A stretch of DNA of 64,000 bases from Lama glama (lineage: Eukaryota), in assembly GCA_028534125.1 (NCBI GenBank), contig CM052818.1, positions 37,636,001 through 37,700,000 on the forward strand. Direction: 5' to 3'. Shown here in pieces: positions 62,021 to 64,000 of this stretch. The position numbers and the translations under genes were made by a program. The notes beneath the pieces are model-generated. The model had not been told where the DNA came from. It ran no database searches and saw only the letters and a list, made by a program, of their open reading frames with translations. The number at the start of each line of letters is the position of its first letter. Position 1 is the stretch's first letter.

Positions 62021-64000
62021 AACACCAAGAATTTATAAATTATAAATGATCTGAAATAACTTTTAAAACACTCAAGATTGTGATGTTTAAAGAGATAAAA
62101 CTCACTTAAATAAGAGAAACAAAATGGTAATGACTAATTGGAAATTCCAGTTATGAAGAATATAGTTATTCATTTACACAACTGGACATTAATTATCAGA
62201 GTAAAAGTAGATTTCTTAGAAATCTGAAAGGGCTGAAACCATTGCAAACCTCAGACCCACCTGGCTGGCTCTGAGTATAAACATATGCAAGTGCTGGGCA
62301 GTATCTAACAAAAATTTTAGCTTAAAACAATGAAGGAAAAAATTCAAAAGAAAAAATGGGATCACTAGTTAGTGAAAATAAAGGAGAATTTCAAAGTCAT
62401 GTCCTTAGGTTGCATATGATGCCAACCTGGGACTATGATATAAAGAATCTGCTGAGCAAGCACTTCTGCTAACCAGGTGGATGTCTCGGGGAGGGGAGAG
62501 GGATGACAATGCTACTGTTCAAACTCTGAATTAACAGTGACCTTCTGAAACATGGAGTCCTGAGTGTTGGCTTATGGAATCTGAACTATTATAAAGTGGC
62601 ATCAAAGTGGCTGGAGAGAGATAGGAGTTCTTACTGGTTGCTTAAACCTCAAGGGAGGTTGGCTGGAGGATTTAGAACAGTGGGCTACCTTCTTTAACCT
62701 TGACTTAAATGAGACTCTGACCTCAATTCTTGTCTGAAACTCAGCTTCTCAGCTTCTCCTCAGAAAAGAGCCCTGGACTGTGTGACCTCCCTAAATATTG
62801 TAAGACACGTATGCATGTCTCAACTAAAATGTCGTGATGTCCAACTGAAAGAGTCTGGATATAAATGCTGCGCTTTTCAGAGGAAAGGAGACAAAGGGCC
62901 CCTGCTTTATTTTTCTCTTCTGCAGGGAGGGTCATCGTGACGAGGACAGTAGCAACTGAGCTGCGCCTGCCCCAGCCCACTGGGAAGTTCTGTCTCCTCC
63001 TTTCTCCTCCTTGTCTTTCTGCCAAGAGGGCCAGCCCCCTCACTGTGTTCCCAGGTTTAGGGCAACTTACAAAGCAATGTTCCTCTCCCTCAGTCTTTTA
63101 AGAATCTTAGGAATATAAATTTATTTCTAGAAAAGCAAGATGAGAATGAGTAGCATTATTTTCCTTAGGGCTTATGCTTTATCTGTGGTTGTAGTTATTC
63201 GCTTTCCTAAACTTTCTTTCTTCATAGAAAAGTTGACAGCAATCCAGGGTTATAAATATTCTATGTGATAGCCACTGGAGTTGAACTCTTTGCATCGATT
63301 TCTAAAATAAAAATAATAATAATAATAATAATTGCCTTTGCTCGTTGCCATAAATTTAAATAATGTTTGAGCATCATTCTTCCACTCAAGGTGACATTAG
63401 TGATAAACCTGGGATGGGTGCTCTGTAAATATTAATAACATATCAAAACCTGTAATTTGTCAGTCAATATTGCTACAAAATTGGTCCAAATAATGGAATA
63501 TGAGGCATCAGTGACCATCAGAACAAATTCAAAACGTGCCCAGATTGATTAAAAGAATTGGAGAGAATTGTTAATATACAATTGCTTTTTAAAAGTCTTT
63601 GCATTATTTGGTTGAAAGATCATTGCTGGCATCTCAGCCCTACATTTTAATGTTATTAAAAGTGCCTCATTTTCTAGGAAAGATGTTAAGAAAATGTGAT
63701 TCAGTAATGTTCTAATTTTTGTAACTAACACACATTACATTTATAACTAGGGAACAATATGCATTAAAATAATAATGGCTCGGGTATTTTGCCTTAAAAA
63801 CATTGAAAATTACAAAATGGAAGTGTAAGCAATGCAAAATCTAACCCTCTATTCAAAACACATAGACATGATATACAAAATAAGTTTTAAAATTTTAAAT
63901 AAATGTCTGGATAAATGTTTATACTCAAAGTCATGAGCATAATTTCTGAGTAAGGCAGAGAGAAAAACCTAGAGCCAAAGGATCTATGGGAAGTCAGGGC

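Noticed and set aside
1..64000. CRISPR arrays, operons or prokaryotic defence systems
   Set aside because: Sequence is mammalian and repeat-rich, with no regularly spaced repeat-spacer arrays or dense ORFs

Overview
Eukaryotic, mammalian non-coding DNA, most likely from a camelid (camel/alpaca/llama). Three tRNA-derived SINEs with a GGGGAGGGTATAGCTCAAGTGGTAGAG-type head resemble the Camelidae Vic-1-type SINE, and I saw no Alu, B1, CHR, Bov-tA, PRE-1 or Can-SINE. I could not support any protein-coding gene, RNA gene or CRISPR array. The ORF track consists of chance ORFs, decayed L1 ORF2 fragments, a purine-repeat artefact and N-gap artefacts. A large part of the window is interspersed repeat (L1/HAL1, L2, MIR, MaLR/ERVL LTRs, Tigger and hAT MITEs), separated by repeat-poor islands that look like cis-regulatory DNA. 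Most notable: (i) a young class-II (beta-like) ERV LTR with a perfect 6-bp TSD, split by a 100-N gap that might hide a provirus; (ii) a tentative ancient Gypsy integrase fossil with a PPT/LTR junction; (iii) four young SINE/L1 insertions with intact TSDs; (iv) a 166-nt pure-purine tract grown inside an L2 tail; (v) a strong minus-strand L1 bias plus one candidate 18-nt plus-strand microexon, hinting at an intron of a plus-strand gene. I found no convincing evidence of an entirely new biological system. Repeat family names come from recalled consensus similarity, not database searches, and boundaries of old repeats are approximate.
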